64,000 nt of DNA. Origin: an uncultured cyanobacterium. GTDB lineage: Bacteria; Cyanobacteriota; Cyanobacteriia; Phormidesmidales; Phormidesmidaceae. The position numbers and the translations under genes are program-made. Below the pieces are notes generated by a model that did not search any database, was not told the origin of the DNA, and saw nothing but the letters and a program-made list of their open reading frames with translations. This document shows positions 20,643 to 30,833 of this stretch, piece after piece. The stretch spans positions 512,001 through 576,000 of the forward strand of contig CAWBZI010000004.1 of assembly GCA_963793265.1 (NCBI GenBank), read 5' to 3'. Numbering within the stretch: position 1 is the first letter of the stretch; the number at the start of each line of letters is the position of its first letter.

Positions 20643-21443
20643 ATGACAATAAAAATGAAACTCACCTGGTTCGATGCCAACAGTTGGTTAATGGAGTCCG
20701 GCGACTGGCGAATTTTGCTCGATCCCTGGCTGATCGGCGACTTGGTATTTGCCAACGCTCCCTGGCTCGTAAAAGGGTCGCGGCAGCAGCCCGTAGATAT
20801 TCCACAGCATATAGACCTGATTTTGCTCTCTCAAGGACTTGCTGACCACGCTCATCCTGAAACGCTCAGGCATTTAGATAAGTCCATTCCGGTTGCAGCT
20901 TCTCCAGATGGCGCAGAGGTTGCTAACGAAGTAGGCTTTGAGTCGGTCACTGTTTTAGAGCATGGCAAAACGGTGACGCTGAAAGAAAGCCTAGAGATTA
21001 AGACGTTTGAAGGCGCTGTTGTGGGCCCGCTCAAGAAGGAAAATGCCTATGTGCTTTCCTTTTTATCTGAAGGTGTGCGGCTGTATTACGAGCCTCATGG
21101 TTATCCTGACTCTGAGCATTTAAAAACGCTGGGCGCAGTGGATGTTGCAATTACGCCGATGGCAGACCAAACCCTAATGGGGGTGGCTCCGGTGATTAGA
21201 GGCAGCATTGCGGCCCCAGAGATTGCTAGGCTGCTGACGCCTAAGGTAATGCTGCCTACGGCTGAGGCTGGAAAAGTGAGCTATGACGGGCTGATTGCGC
21301 CGACGCTGACGACCAAAGGCGGTGCGGCTGATATGCGATCGCGCTTCACTTCAGAAGGTAAAGATATCCGCGTCATTCAACCTGTCTCTGGTGAGACTAT
21401 CGAGCTAGACTTACGTGCTGCTGTGGCCTCGGGCGCTAGCTGA
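20643..21443 (+). CDS. MBL-fold metallo-hydrolase
   Basis: ILLDPWL, LLSQGLADHAH, YYEPHG. Confidence 0.85.
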   Translation: MTIKMKLTWFDANSWLMESGDWRILLDPWLIGDLVFANAPWLVKGSRQQPVDIPQHIDLILLSQGLADHAHPETLRHLDKSIPVAASPDGAEVANEVGFESVTVLEHGKTVTLKESLEIKTFEGAVVGPLKKENAYVLSFLSEGVRLYYEPHGYPDSEHLKTLGAVDVAITPMADQTLMGVAPVIRGSIAAPEIARLLTPKVMLPTAEAGKVSYDGLIAPTLTTKGGAADMRSRFTSEGKDIRVIQPVSGETIELDLRAAVASGAS

Positions 21444-21859
21444 ATTAAAGGACTTGCCGCTCGCTTTTGCTCACCTAGCAGGGTTTTGAGTTCCAAAACA
21501 ACCTGATCCTGCTCGCTGCGGAGGGCTTCTAGTCGCGCAATTAGCTGATCGACTTGAGCTGCCTGGCTTGCCTGCGCAGGGGCGGTGGCTTTTTGCCATA
21601 TCCACTGGCTGAGCAGCAGCGGCAGCTTGAGCACGAAAGCAACGCTGGTTTTGAGAATGCGCTTAACTAAGTCTGCGATGATTTGAATGAGGACGATGGT
21701 GAGTACGACCGCGGCGATCGCCCAGACCGGATGACCAACAGCCGCGCTCACGACCGTCTGTAGCTGCGTGGCAAAGGTCGTCAGCGTCTCTAAGGAATCG
21801 GGCAGATCGACCCAGGGGAGCGCCATTGAATTGAGGTGAAGAATTGCCATGTGCCGCAA
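21377..21859 (-). CDS. Hypothetical membrane protein with C-terminal coiled coil
   Basis: Hydrophobic helices then a coiled coil; start may be 21826; 3' end overlaps the convergent gene. Confidence 0.7.
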   Translation of the reverse strand: MRHMAILHLNSMALPWVDLPDSLETLTTFATQLQTVVSAAVGHPVWAIAAVVLTIVLIQIIADLVKRILKTSVAFVLKLPLLLSQWIWQKATAPAQASQAAQVDQLIARLEALRSEQDQVVLELKTLLGEQKRAASPLIQLAPEATAARKSSSIVSPETG

Positions 21860-21924
21860 AGATTCATTGAAGACCTTATGCTTAGAGGGTCTTTTCCTAA
21901 CTATATAAGGAGTACGCGATCACT

Positions 21925-22452
21925 GTGAGATCTGTTTTATCTACTTTTTTAACGATTGTTCTATTGATATTGGTCAGCTTCGGCGCGCTCGTGCCTGCTC
22001 AAGCTGGAACCCTCGCAGCTTTGCCAGGTATCGGCGGGCTGACTGCTGGTGTGCGACCTGATAATTTGGGTGTGAGTGACGGCAGGCTCGCGAGCTGTCC
22101 GGCGTCGCCTAACTGTGTGGTGAGTCAGGGGGCAGATGAGGAACATGCGATCGCGCCGATTGCTTATGAGAGCGATCACGAAACTGCCCGCAAAAGCCTA
22201 ATCGACATCATCGGCGTAGTGCCTCGCAGCAAAATTGTTGAACAAAGCGACGACTATATTCTGGTCGAGTCCGAAAGCCGCCTGATGGGCTTTAGAGACG
22301 ACACCGAGTTTTACCTGCCCAAAGATGAAAAGGTGATTCACACGCGCGCGGCAGCTCGGATGGGCGAGTCTGACTTGGGTGTAAACCGCCGCCGCATTGA
22401 GCAGATTCGCTTAGCCTTTCAAGACTTAGCGCAGCGCACTCAGGCTCAATAG
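21925..22452 (+). CDS. DUF1499 protein with signal peptide
   Basis: CPASPNCV, MGFRDDTEF, RMGESDLGVNRRR. Confidence 0.9.
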   Translation: MRSVLSTFLTIVLLILVSFGALVPAQAGTLAALPGIGGLTAGVRPDNLGVSDGRLASCPASPNCVVSQGADEEHAIAPIAYESDHETARKSLIDIIGVVPRSKIVEQSDDYILVESESRLMGFRDDTEFYLPKDEKVIHTRAAARMGESDLGVNRRRIEQIRLAFQDLAQRTQAQ

Positions 22453-22470
22453 GGCCTATAGTTGTTTTTG

Positions 22471-23160
22471 CTACAGCTCAAACCCTAACTGAATAGCTGA
22501 TTGATACAGGCCCGCTGATTCTTCAGTGCGGCCTTGTTTGTCGAGGACAAAAGCCAGGTTGTAGTAGAAGCTGGATTGGTCAGGGAACCGATCAATCGCC
22601 TCGCGGAAGGTATTTTCTGCCGCTTCTAACCGATTTTGATTGGCTAGCGTCATACCTAGATACTGATAGCCATTGGCATTACTGGCATCTAACAAAAGCA
22701 CTCTGCGAAACATCACCTCAGCTTCTACAAACTGCGATTGTTCAGCGAGCAGGGCTCCTAAGTTGTAATAAGTGGTGCTATCGAAAGGGTTTAGGCGTAC
22801 GGCTTCTCGGTAGGCTAATTCAGCCGCTTCGAGTTGCCCCTGAGCTTTTAGCCAGTAGCCTAAGTTGTAGTGAGCGTCGGCGTTGGTAGGCTCTAGACGG
22901 ACGGTGGTTTGGAATGTCGCGATCGCCTCGTCCACTCTCCCTTGCTCTGCCAGCACATTACCCAAGTTGTAGTAACCCGTCGCATCCTCAGCATCTAGCC
23001 GAATAGACTCACGATAGGCCGCTTCAGCCTCAGCATAGTTTCCAGCACTTTGAGCAGCCACGCCTTTTTGTATAAAAGACTGATAGCTTTGCCCGTAGGC
23101 GGTAGCCGAAATGTTAGCCATGATGGCTAAGCTTAATCCAGCAGTGATAAAGGGACGCAT
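22471..23160 (-). CDS. Secreted TPR protein
   Basis: Signal-like N-terminus; repeated YYNLG units. Confidence 0.9.
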   Translation of the reverse strand: MRPFITAGLSLAIMANISATAYGQSYQSFIQKGVAAQSAGNYAEAEAAYRESIRLDAEDATGYYNLGNVLAEQGRVDEAIATFQTTVRLEPTNADAHYNLGYWLKAQGQLEAAELAYREAVRLNPFDSTTYYNLGALLAEQSQFVEAEVMFRRVLLLDASNANGYQYLGMTLANQNRLEAAENTFREAIDRFPDQSSFYYNLAFVLDKQGRTEESAGLYQSAIQLGFEL

Positions 23161-23268
23161 GTAATTCTTCTGAGAACGCTTTCCCCTAATCTATTCAGTG
23201 TATTTACATATGCAAAGTAGTTTCTAAGGTGATTAATATCACTTTAGAGAGCGCTCACACTCACTTCA

Positions 23269-24396
23269 TCAACGAGAGATGGTTTCTAGAATAGTTTCCT
23301 GGTAAAAGGTTGCTGCATCTTCCAATCGGCCTTGATCAGACAGTACATAACTTAAATTTTCATAGGTAGAGTCACCTTCTTCTAGCCTAATAGCTTCTTC
23401 GTATGAAGCACTGGCCTCTTCTGTTCTATTTTGATTTAATAGCAAATTGCCAAGAGCGTAGTGAGTTGTAATGTCTTCGGGCGATCGCTCAATAGCCTTT
23501 TGATAAGCCGCTTCAGCTTCAGCCCACTGACCTTGCCGGTATCTTGCGGTTGCTAACGGATAAAAAGGAAATGGATCGGGAAAAGGCAGTGCGTCCTCTG
23601 CACGGTCTGCGACTAGAACTATGGCAACTCCGGTTGCTATGCCTTCTCTTCTATGACGTGGGTTGTTCAACAGAGGGTCAGCTTCGGCACTTTCTCTTTC
23701 TCCCGATAAGCGAATAGCTTCCTTGTAGATTGCAGCAGCTTCTGCAAATTTAGATTGGCTAGCTAGCGAATCTCCTAACTTTGTACGGGTATAGGCATCC
23801 ATGTAATTGGGTAAACCAGTTTGAATCGGAAAGACTCGAATGGCTTCTCTGTATGCGATCTCTGCTTCCGCTGATTTGCCCTGCACTTGTAAGATGTCGC
23901 CTAATTCTCTATGGGCATGTGCCGCCTCAGGATCTCTCTGTAGCGCTTTTCTGAAGGCAATTTCAGCGTCCTTGTAAAGCCCGAGATCTTGTAGTGCTAC
24001 ACCGACATTTCGATGTGAAGAAATATTGCTCTGTTCTAGCAAGAGCGCTTGTCTGAAGAGGGCGATCGCTTCATCTATGTGTCCCTGGCTTTGTAAAAAA
24101 GAGCCTAAACGCTCGTAAGTGATGATATTCGGTTCCAAACGAAGCGCTTCTCTATAAGCAACTTCTGCTTCGTCGTATCGGTTCGCTTCAACTAAAGATT
24201 CAGCTAACCTGATCTGGTTAGGAGCCGAAGAATTCATCTGTACCATTCGTTGCCAAAAAGTTACCTGATCGATACCTTCTTCGGTCAACAGGTCAACTAA
24301 ATCAAAAAGATGATCGTCTGTCATAGGTTCTTGAGTGGAAGCTGTTTGCGCTACCAGTAACGGCAAAATTAAGCTAGCAAGACCAAAAGAGCGCAT
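23269..24396 (-). CDS. Secreted TPR protein
   Basis: Signal-like N-terminus; repeated EAEVAYREA units. Confidence 0.88.
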   Translation of the reverse strand: MRSFGLASLILPLLVAQTASTQEPMTDDHLFDLVDLLTEEGIDQVTFWQRMVQMNSSAPNQIRLAESLVEANRYDEAEVAYREALRLEPNIITYERLGSFLQSQGHIDEAIALFRQALLLEQSNISSHRNVGVALQDLGLYKDAEIAFRKALQRDPEAAHAHRELGDILQVQGKSAEAEIAYREAIRVFPIQTGLPNYMDAYTRTKLGDSLASQSKFAEAAAIYKEAIRLSGERESAEADPLLNNPRHRREGIATGVAIVLVADRAEDALPFPDPFPFYPLATARYRQGQWAEAEAAYQKAIERSPEDITTHYALGNLLLNQNRTEEASASYEEAIRLEEGDSTYENLSYVLSDQGRLEDAATFYQETILETISR

Positions 24397-24409
24397 AGCA
24401 CCACATATG

Positions 24410-24441
24410 AAAAAACTAACCGCTGCTATAGAGCGGTTAGT
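24410..24441 (-). terminator. Rho-independent terminator of recA
   Basis: Perfect 10-bp stem ACTAACCGCT/AGCGGTTAGT, 7-nt loop, U-run on the minus strand. Confidence 0.75.
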
Positions 24442-24477
24442 CTATTGTGCTCAAACTACAAAGCTCAAACTACAGAG

Positions 24478-25617
24478 CTACTTAGCCTTAGACTTCCGAC
24501 CTTTCGTCTTACTCGCCGTCTCTTCAGCTTCAGCAACCACTTCTTCAAGCACTTCCTGCTTCTCCACATCCACCTCTACAGGCGGCACCACAGGCTCCTC
24601 ACCCGGCTCAATCGGAATCGCCTCAGGCTTCAGCTTTGCCATCACCAGCTCCTTCACCTTCGCCGCAAACTCAGGATCTTCCTTCATGCGAATAATCGTG
24701 TTGTCACGGCCCTGGCCCACGTTAGTGCCTTCAAAGCTATACCAGGCACCTTTGCGGACGACGATATCGTATTCCTCAGCAAGGTCTAGCAAACAGCCCA
24801 AGATGGAAATACCTTCGCCAAAAATAATGTCGAATTCAGCGATGCGGAAAGGTGGCGCGACCTTGTTTTTAGCAACCTTTACCTTCACTCGAATACCGAA
24901 CTGATCGTTGCCTTTTTTCAGGGTTTGAATGCGACGAATGTCTAAGCGAACCGAAGCGTAGAACTTCAGCGCGTTACCGCCCGTTGTGGTTTCAGGGTTA
25001 CCGTACGTAACGCCGATTTTCAGACGAAGCTGGTTGAGGAAAATTACCGTACACTGCGATTTGCCGATGTTGCCGGTAATCTTCCGCAGCGCCTGGCTCA
25101 TCAGGCGGGCCTGCAAACCCATGTGAGAGTCGCCCATCTCACCTTCAATCTCAGCGCGGGGCGTGAGCGCGGCTACAGAGTCGATCACGATCAAATCTAC
25201 GGCAGACGAGCGTACGAGCTGATCGCAAATCTCTAGGCCCATTTCGCCTGTGTCAGGCTGAGAGATGAGCAAGTCTTCGGTGTTGACGCCTAAGTGACCG
25301 GCATAGAAGGGGTCGAGGGCATGTTCTGCGTCAATGAAGGCTGCGACACCGCCCTGCCGTTGGATTTCAGCGATCGCATGCAGAGCCAGCGTCGTCTTAC
25401 CCGAACTCTCAGGCCCATAAATCTCAATCACGCGGCCTTTGGGCAAGCCGCCGCCTAGCGCCATGTCGAGCGTGAGCGCGCCAGTAGGAATGGTTTCTAC
25501 CTGCATACGGTTGGCTTCACCTAACCGCATGATGGAGCCTTTGCCGAAGTTGCGTTCAATTTGGGTGAGCACAGAAGTCAGCGCTTTTTGCTTATCAGAG
25601 GAGGCGTTGGCAGCCAT
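24478..25617 (-). CDS. recA: Recombinase A
   Basis: [26 protein letters not shown]; no intein. Confidence 0.99.
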   Translation of the reverse strand: MAANASSDKQKALTSVLTQIERNFGKGSIMRLGEANRMQVETIPTGALTLDMALGGGLPKGRVIEIYGPESSGKTTLALHAIAEIQRQGGVAAFIDAEHALDPFYAGHLGVNTEDLLISQPDTGEMGLEICDQLVRSSAVDLIVIDSVAALTPRAEIEGEMGDSHMGLQARLMSQALRKITGNIGKSQCTVIFLNQLRLKIGVTYGNPETTTGGNALKFYASVRLDIRRIQTLKKGNDQFGIRVKVKVAKNKVAPPFRIAEFDIIFGEGISILGCLLDLAEEYDIVVRKGAWYSFEGTNVGQGRDNTIIRMKEDPEFAAKVKELVMAKLKPEAIPIEPGEEPVVPPVEVDVEKQEVLEEVVAEAEETASKTKGRKSKAK

Positions 25618-25678
25618 AAGTATTTCCGAGGGAGTTTCTACGAGATGAAAAATAGTCTATTTTCGCTATACTAATTTT

Positions 25679-25692
25679 AGTACAACTGAACT
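25679..25692. promoter_or_regulatory. Probable cyanobacterial LexA box
   Basis: AGTAC-aact-GAACT, one mismatch from AGTAC-N4-GTACT, about 60 bp upstream of recA. Confidence 0.6.
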
Positions 25693-25786
25693 AAATCGAC
25701 ATCCTTAAAATATATCAGTGATAGTTCATTTGCAAGCGCGCGTTGTATCCGTTTTCTATTCTCACCTCTACTGTCGCAATTAACCC

Positions 25787-25981
25787 ATGCAATACTGCGA
25801 ACTCGTTGACGTTTTCACCTACCCAGGTTGGGTCATCGCCGTTGGCCGCACAGAACTCGGCTACCGTTGCTGGGTGTTCACCCCCGACTTTACCGTACTA
25901 GACGATGGCGAGTTCTACACCACCAGCGAAGCTGCCGCTCGCAACGCCCGCTGCTTGGTCAGCGACTCTAGAGAATACTAA
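25787..25981 (+). CDS. Small hypothetical protein (64 aa)
   Basis: ATG-started ORF with no overlaps, divergent from recA, plausible protein composition. Confidence 0.6.
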   Translation: MQYCELVDVFTYPGWVIAVGRTELGYRCWVFTPDFTVLDDGEFYTTSEAAARNARCLVSDSREY

Positions 25982-26003
25982 CTGGCCCGACTAGCTGACC
26001 AGC

Positions 26004-27980
26004 TTAGCTGGCCGGATTTCTGCCCAACTCCTCAGTTAAATTCCAAGCGGCACTGATCAGTGCGATATGAGTAAATGCCTGCGGAAAGTTCCCAAGTGCC
26101 TGACCGCTAATGCCCGTTTCTTCAGCATACAAACCGACATGATTTGCATAGGTCAGCATTTCTTCAAAAATGCGCCTGGCTTCATTAAGCGATTCAGGAT
26201 TAGTACGCCCGGCTCTAGTCAGCGCTTCTACTAGCCAAAAAGTACATAGGTTGAAAGTGCCTTCTTTTCCTTTTAGGCCATCGCTCGAATCGCCGTCAGA
26301 GCCGATTGGATTGTAGCGATACACCAGGCTGTTTGCAGTAAGTCCCCCTTCTCTGGGCGGTTGCCGGACAGCTGCGATGGTCTTGAGCATTTTAGGATCG
26401 CTGGGTGCCATGAAAAACACCAGCGGCATGATCAGGCAGCCCGCGTCTAAGTCCGTGCTGCCGTACGCCTGCACAAACGCCTGACGATCCTCGTCCCAGC
26501 CCTTGTCGAGGATCTCTTCGTAGATTTCATCGCGTACGGTTAGCCAGTGCGATCGCTCAGCCGGAAACGAACGATTCTCAGCAATCCGTAGCGCCCGATC
26601 AATCGCCACCCAGCACATCAATCTGGAATACACGTGGTTTTTCTTACCGCCGCGTGACTCCCAAACGCCCTTATCTTTTCGCTGCCAGTTATCGCACACC
26701 CAGTTTGTGAGATAGCGCAGGTGCGCCCAAAAATCGTGCGAAATAAACTCGCCATACTTGTTGTACAAATACGCTGAGTCCATCAGCTCACCACAAATAT
26801 CGAGCTGAAGCTGCTCAAAAGCGCCATTGCCAATCCGAACCGGCTGAGACTGCTTATAGCCTTCTAAATGATCGAGGTGTTGTTCTTCAATATCTAGCTT
26901 GCCGTCGATGCGATACATAACCTGTAAGCTGCCGCCTTCCCCTAGCTCCTGACAGCGTTCTTCAAGCCAGTTCATAAAGTCTCGGGCCTCTGTGGTGAAG
27001 CCAATCCGAATCAGCGCATACACCGTAAAGGCCGCGTCTCGAATCCAGGTGTAGCGATAGTCCCAGTTGCGTTCGCCGCCTATCTCCTCTGGCAGACTCG
27101 TGGTGGGCGCTGCAATAATTGCGCCGGTCGGTTCGTAGGTCATCAGCTTGAGCGCTAAAGCCGAACGCTCTACACGCCTTCGCCAGCGCCCGGTATACAC
27201 GCACTGAGAGAGCCACTTGCGCCAATAGCTGCTGGTTTCAGTAAAAAAAGTCTCGGTTGTTGGGCTCAGGGCTTCTCTTTGCTCTGAGGTGAGTTGAACA
27301 GAAGGATTGACCTGCTTGCACTGCGGTTTTCCTTCTGTATCAAAGTGCTGTGGCGGATCTTGATCTCCGCCAGCAGGCTTGAATATAAAGCTGACCGTTT
27401 CACCTTCTTGAAGTGTGAATTCAGCACAGGCACCCCGGTCGTTTATCTGTAAAGGTACTTCTGTGATTAGCTCGAAGTGCTGGCACTGGGCATGGGGGAT
27501 GTCGTCTACAAATTTGTTGGGTCGGGTGCTGTTGTAAGGATCGTCTGTACAAGAAAAACGAGCGCCGCCTTTTGTTTTTGCGGTTTTGTGTGAGGCACGG
27601 GCGTAGTCAAATGCGGGATAGCACTCGGCTTTGAAGGTGATTTCGTGACGGACAGCGCGCACCTGACGCACAATCCAGTTGCGCATGATGTCGTTGCCGA
27701 GCGGCATGAAGTCAACCACTTCTCCGACGCCGGATTCGCATAGAAAGCGAGTGATGAGAATGTTGGTTTCAGGATAGTAAAACTGCTTGTGACTGTCTTC
27801 TGGAACAGTTGACTCAATTTTGAAGTGACCGCCTTTTTCACTGTCTAGAAGGGCCGCAAAAATACTGGGCGAGTCGTGGCGAGGATGGCAAAACCAGTCA
27901 ATCGATCCATTCATCCCCACGAGTGCGGTGGTGCGCATGTTTCCGATGAGGCCATAGTTTTCAATGGGCTGATAGGTCAC
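26004..27980 (-). CDS. Glycoside hydrolase family 15 (trehalase/glucoamylase-like)
   Basis: [38 protein letters not shown]. Confidence 0.93.
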   Translation of the reverse strand: MTYQPIENYGLIGNMRTTALVGMNGSIDWFCHPRHDSPSIFAALLDSEKGGHFKIESTVPEDSHKQFYYPETNILITRFLCESGVGEVVDFMPLGNDIMRNWIVRQVRAVRHEITFKAECYPAFDYARASHKTAKTKGGARFSCTDDPYNSTRPNKFVDDIPHAQCQHFELITEVPLQINDRGACAEFTLQEGETVSFIFKPAGGDQDPPQHFDTEGKPQCKQVNPSVQLTSEQREALSPTTETFFTETSSYWRKWLSQCVYTGRWRRRVERSALALKLMTYEPTGAIIAAPTTSLPEEIGGERNWDYRYTWIRDAAFTVYALIRIGFTTEARDFMNWLEERCQELGEGGSLQVMYRIDGKLDIEEQHLDHLEGYKQSQPVRIGNGAFEQLQLDICGELMDSAYLYNKYGEFISHDFWAHLRYLTNWVCDNWQRKDKGVWESRGGKKNHVYSRLMCWVAIDRALRIAENRSFPAERSHWLTVRDEIYEEILDKGWDEDRQAFVQAYGSTDLDAGCLIMPLVFFMAPSDPKMLKTIAAVRQPPREGGLTANSLVYRYNPIGSDGDSSDGLKGKEGTFNLCTFWLVEALTRAGRTNPESLNEARRIFEEMLTYANHVGLYAEETGISGQALGNFPQAFTHIALISAAWNLTEELGRNPAS

Positions 27981-28116
27981 AGTTTTTCCTGTTAATGAGC
28001 TGGTTTTGAGTCCTAAGATTGTAGGATTTTATCGACTCATCGTAGGGTATTTCTTAACGCTTCTGGTGGTGCGCATGAGAGATATCTACTAATCTCTGTC
28101 GTTAGGAACAGCGCCC

Positions 28117-28608
28117 TCATTCCTCAAAAGGAATGAGGAGTTTGCTCAGGAGTTGAGCTAGGGTTTCTCGCTCTGAGTGCTCTAATGTGCTGAGAATACG
28201 GTGCTCGTTTTCGACGTGGGCTTCGAGCGCTTTTTCGATTAGCGCAAAACCTTTGTCGGTGAGATGAATTAGGGTGCCTCTGCGATCGCCCGGATCAGGA
28301 ATGCGCTCAACTAACCCAGCTTTTTCTAAGCCATCAATCCGATTGGTCATTGTTCCAGACGACACCATCATCGATTTAAACAGCTCAGTCGGTGAGAGCT
28401 GATAAGGTGCGCCTGTACGCCTGAGCGTGGCAAGCACATCAAATTCTCCGGGATTTAAGCCAAACTCTGCAAACGTTTTGCCGATGGCCTTTTTCAGGTA
28501 GTTAGCTAGCCGCGTGGTTCGCCCAATCAAACCCATCGGTGATACGTCTAGGTCGGGGCGCTCCTTTTGCCACTGCGCCAAAATTTTATCGACCGGATCG
28601 GATGCCAT
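28117..28608 (-). CDS. MarR regulator, PecS/UrtR-like
   Basis: DPVDKILAQWQKERPDLD, EFDVLATLRR, SGTMTNRID, DRR; divergent from an EamA gene. Confidence 0.9.
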   Translation of the reverse strand: MASDPVDKILAQWQKERPDLDVSPMGLIGRTTRLANYLKKAIGKTFAEFGLNPGEFDVLATLRRTGAPYQLSPTELFKSMMVSSGTMTNRIDGLEKAGLVERIPDPGDRRGTLIHLTDKGFALIEKALEAHVENEHRILSTLEHSERETLAQLLSKLLIPFEE

Positions 28609-28681
28609 TAGAACACTGTCTACATTCTCTTAGTGCAGACGATCTTATCACTGAGACAAATTCAAGTGTCTTGAAGTAAAC

Positions 28682-28742
28682 TATCTCGATATCAAGGTAA
28701 AAGTGCTATAGTCTTAGCGTTAAGTATCTTAGCGTCAAGATA
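28682..28742. promoter_or_regulatory. MarR/PecS operator array
   Basis: TATCTT-N6-AAGATA at 28725-28742; degenerate copies at 28682-28699 and 28710-28727. Confidence 0.75.
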
Positions 28743-28746
28743 AATC

Positions 28747-29607
28747 ATGAAAGTCATTCCTACCAGGCTATCTGACATTCTATTAACGGCGATCGCACCC
28801 ATTTCCTGGGGCACGACCTACGCGGTAGCGACCGAATTTTTGCCAGCGGGCCATCCTTTATTGGTAGCTTCGATGCGATCGCTTCCCATTGGCCTATTGC
28901 TCACCATCGGCCTGCGCAAGCTCCCGACAGGCAACTGGTGGTGGCGCATGTTGATCTTAGGTGGATTGAATATTGGCGTATTTCAAGCGCTGCTGTTTGT
29001 CGCGGCCTATCGCTTGCCGGGCGGCGTTGCGGCGACCGCCGGATCTATTCAGCCTTTGCTAACAGGATTATTTGCCTGGGCGATATTAAGCCAGAAGCCT
29101 TCTAAGACTTCTGTTGTCGCTGCGATGGCTGGCTTTATCGGCGTTGGACTATTAGTGCTTGGCCCGAGCGCACAGCTTGACGGTATTGGCATCATTGCGG
29201 CCCTAGCAGGTGCAGGTGCTATGGGTCTAGGCACCGTACTCGTAAAAAAATGGAAGCCGCCAGTTTCTCTGATGGTTTTTACCGCTTGGCAGCTTACGAT
29301 TGGTGGCTTTTTGCTGCTCCCAGTAGCGCTCATCACCGAAGGGCCTTTTACCGAAGTTACTCGAACAAATTTATGGGGCTTCATCTACCTCGGTCTGATT
29401 GGCACGGGCTTAGCGTACGCGCTCTGGTTTCGAGGTATTAACCGGCTTAGCCCAACAGCAGCCTCGTACTTAGGACTGCTCAGTCCTGTTGTTGCCTCTC
29501 TGATTGGATATGTCTTTTTACAGGAGACATTTACGCTTGTTCAACTCGCTGGGGTGGCCATAATCTTAGCCAGCGTCGTGATTGGTCAACAAACCAGCTC
29601 TAAATAG
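28747..29607 (+). CDS. EamA/DMT transporter, PecM-like
   Basis: APISWGTTY, AAYRLPGGVAA, about ten TM helices. Confidence 0.9.
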   Translation: MKVIPTRLSDILLTAIAPISWGTTYAVATEFLPAGHPLLVASMRSLPIGLLLTIGLRKLPTGNWWWRMLILGGLNIGVFQALLFVAAYRLPGGVAATAGSIQPLLTGLFAWAILSQKPSKTSVVAAMAGFIGVGLLVLGPSAQLDGIGIIAALAGAGAMGLGTVLVKKWKPPVSLMVFTAWQLTIGGFLLLPVALITEGPFTEVTRTNLWGFIYLGLIGTGLAYALWFRGINRLSPTAASYLGLLSPVVASLIGYVFLQETFTLVQLAGVAIILASVVIGQQTSSK

Positions 29608-29641
29608 ACAATTACTCACAAACTTAAGGATTCTACACATC

Positions 29642-30046
29642 ATGATTCAACACATCAATCCACCTGAGCTTGGCAACCCTACTAAATATGGATTTACTAA
29701 TATCGTCAAGGTGCCTTCTGATCAAACGCTCGTTTTCTTCGCTGGGCAGGGCGGCAGAGATGACAAAGGAGAGCTTGGTGACTTTGAAGCGCAGCTCAAG
29801 CAGGCTTTTGTTAGCTTGCGCAAAGCTTTAGCAGCAGCCGGTGCAACGCCGGAGCAGGTCGTAAAGATTACGGTGCTTTCTGTCGATCACGATGCTGAAA
29901 AGCAAAGGCTGATATCAGCTGAGCGGAATGCAATGTGGCCTGATGATTTGGTTAAGCCGACAAGTACCTTGATTCCGGTGCCTCGGCTGGCGGGTGATGG
30001 GATGTTGTTTGAAATAGATGCGATCGCAGCTATCCCAACCTCGTAA
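29642..30046 (+). CDS. RidA/YjgF family protein
   Basis: FFAGQ, PTSTLIPVPRL, FEIDAIA; likely ATG start at 29642. Confidence 0.85.
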   Translation: MIQHINPPELGNPTKYGFTNIVKVPSDQTLVFFAGQGGRDDKGELGDFEAQLKQAFVSLRKALAAAGATPEQVVKITVLSVDHDAEKQRLISAERNAMWPDDLVKPTSTLIPVPRLAGDGMLFEIDAIAAIPTS

Positions 30047-30173
30047 ACCTCATAATCTATTCGGTTGCCTAATGGGCTCCCCCTCCACAGAAAGATTCTT
30101 CTAACAACGTCAGACTGACATAATTTGACAGACCTCTATCCGTCCTGTTCCAAAACAAATACGAGAGACTCTA

Positions 30174-30833
30174 ATGGCCAAACCAGACCTCACGCCCGAT
30201 CAAGTTTTAGACACGCTTAACTGGCGTTACGCCACCAAAAAGTTTGACACCGACAAGAAAATCCCAGACGACGTTTGGCACGCCCTAGAGCAAAGCCTAG
30301 TCCTTTCGCCCTCTTCATTCGGCCTACAGCCCTGGAAGTTCTTTGTCGTTCGCAATCCTGATGTTAGAGAAAAATTAGTAGATGCTTCTTGGGGTCAAAC
30401 TAAGGTAGCCGAAGCTTCTCATCTAGTCGTTCTGGCGGTAAAAACGGACATCGGTGCAGATGATGTACCGCCTTATATCAGCCGCGTAAAAGAAGTTCGC
30501 AACATGCCTGACGACAAGCTTAAAGGTATGGAAGAGATGATTAAAGGCTATTTGAAAGAGCCTCCTTTTGATCTCATTCCCGATAAGTGGTCAGCCAAAC
30601 AAACCTATCTCGCACTAGGGTTTTTCTTATACAGCGCAGCCTTGCTCGGCATCGATACCTGTCCCATGGAAGGCTTTGAACCTGATAAGTTTGATGAGAT
30701 TTTGGGCTTAAAAGACCAAGGTTACGCTTCAGTTGTTATCTGCACGGCGGGCTATCGTTCTGAAGACGATCGGGCGGCTGATATGGCTAAGGTGCGTTAT
30801 AAAACTGAAAAGGTAGTGCAGTACATTGACTAA
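30174..30833 (+). CDS. NfsB-like nitroreductase
   Basis: WRYATKKFD, SPSSFGLQPW, DTCPMEGF. Confidence 0.92.
   Translation: MAKPDLTPDQVLDTLNWRYATKKFDTDKKIPDDVWHALEQSLVLSPSSFGLQPWKFFVVRNPDVREKLVDASWGQTKVAEASHLVVLAVKTDIGADDVPPYISRVKEVRNMPDDKLKGMEEMIKGYLKEPPFDLIPDKWSAKQTYLALGFFLYSAALLGIDTCPMEGFEPDKFDEILGLKDQGYASVVICTAGYRSEDDRAADMAKVRYKTEKVVQYID

Noticed and set aside
24335..24904. Long ORFs antisense to recA, and similar ones opposite aroC, DegT and the SDR gene
   Set aside because: Shadow ORFs of well-supported genes, with no recognisable motifs.
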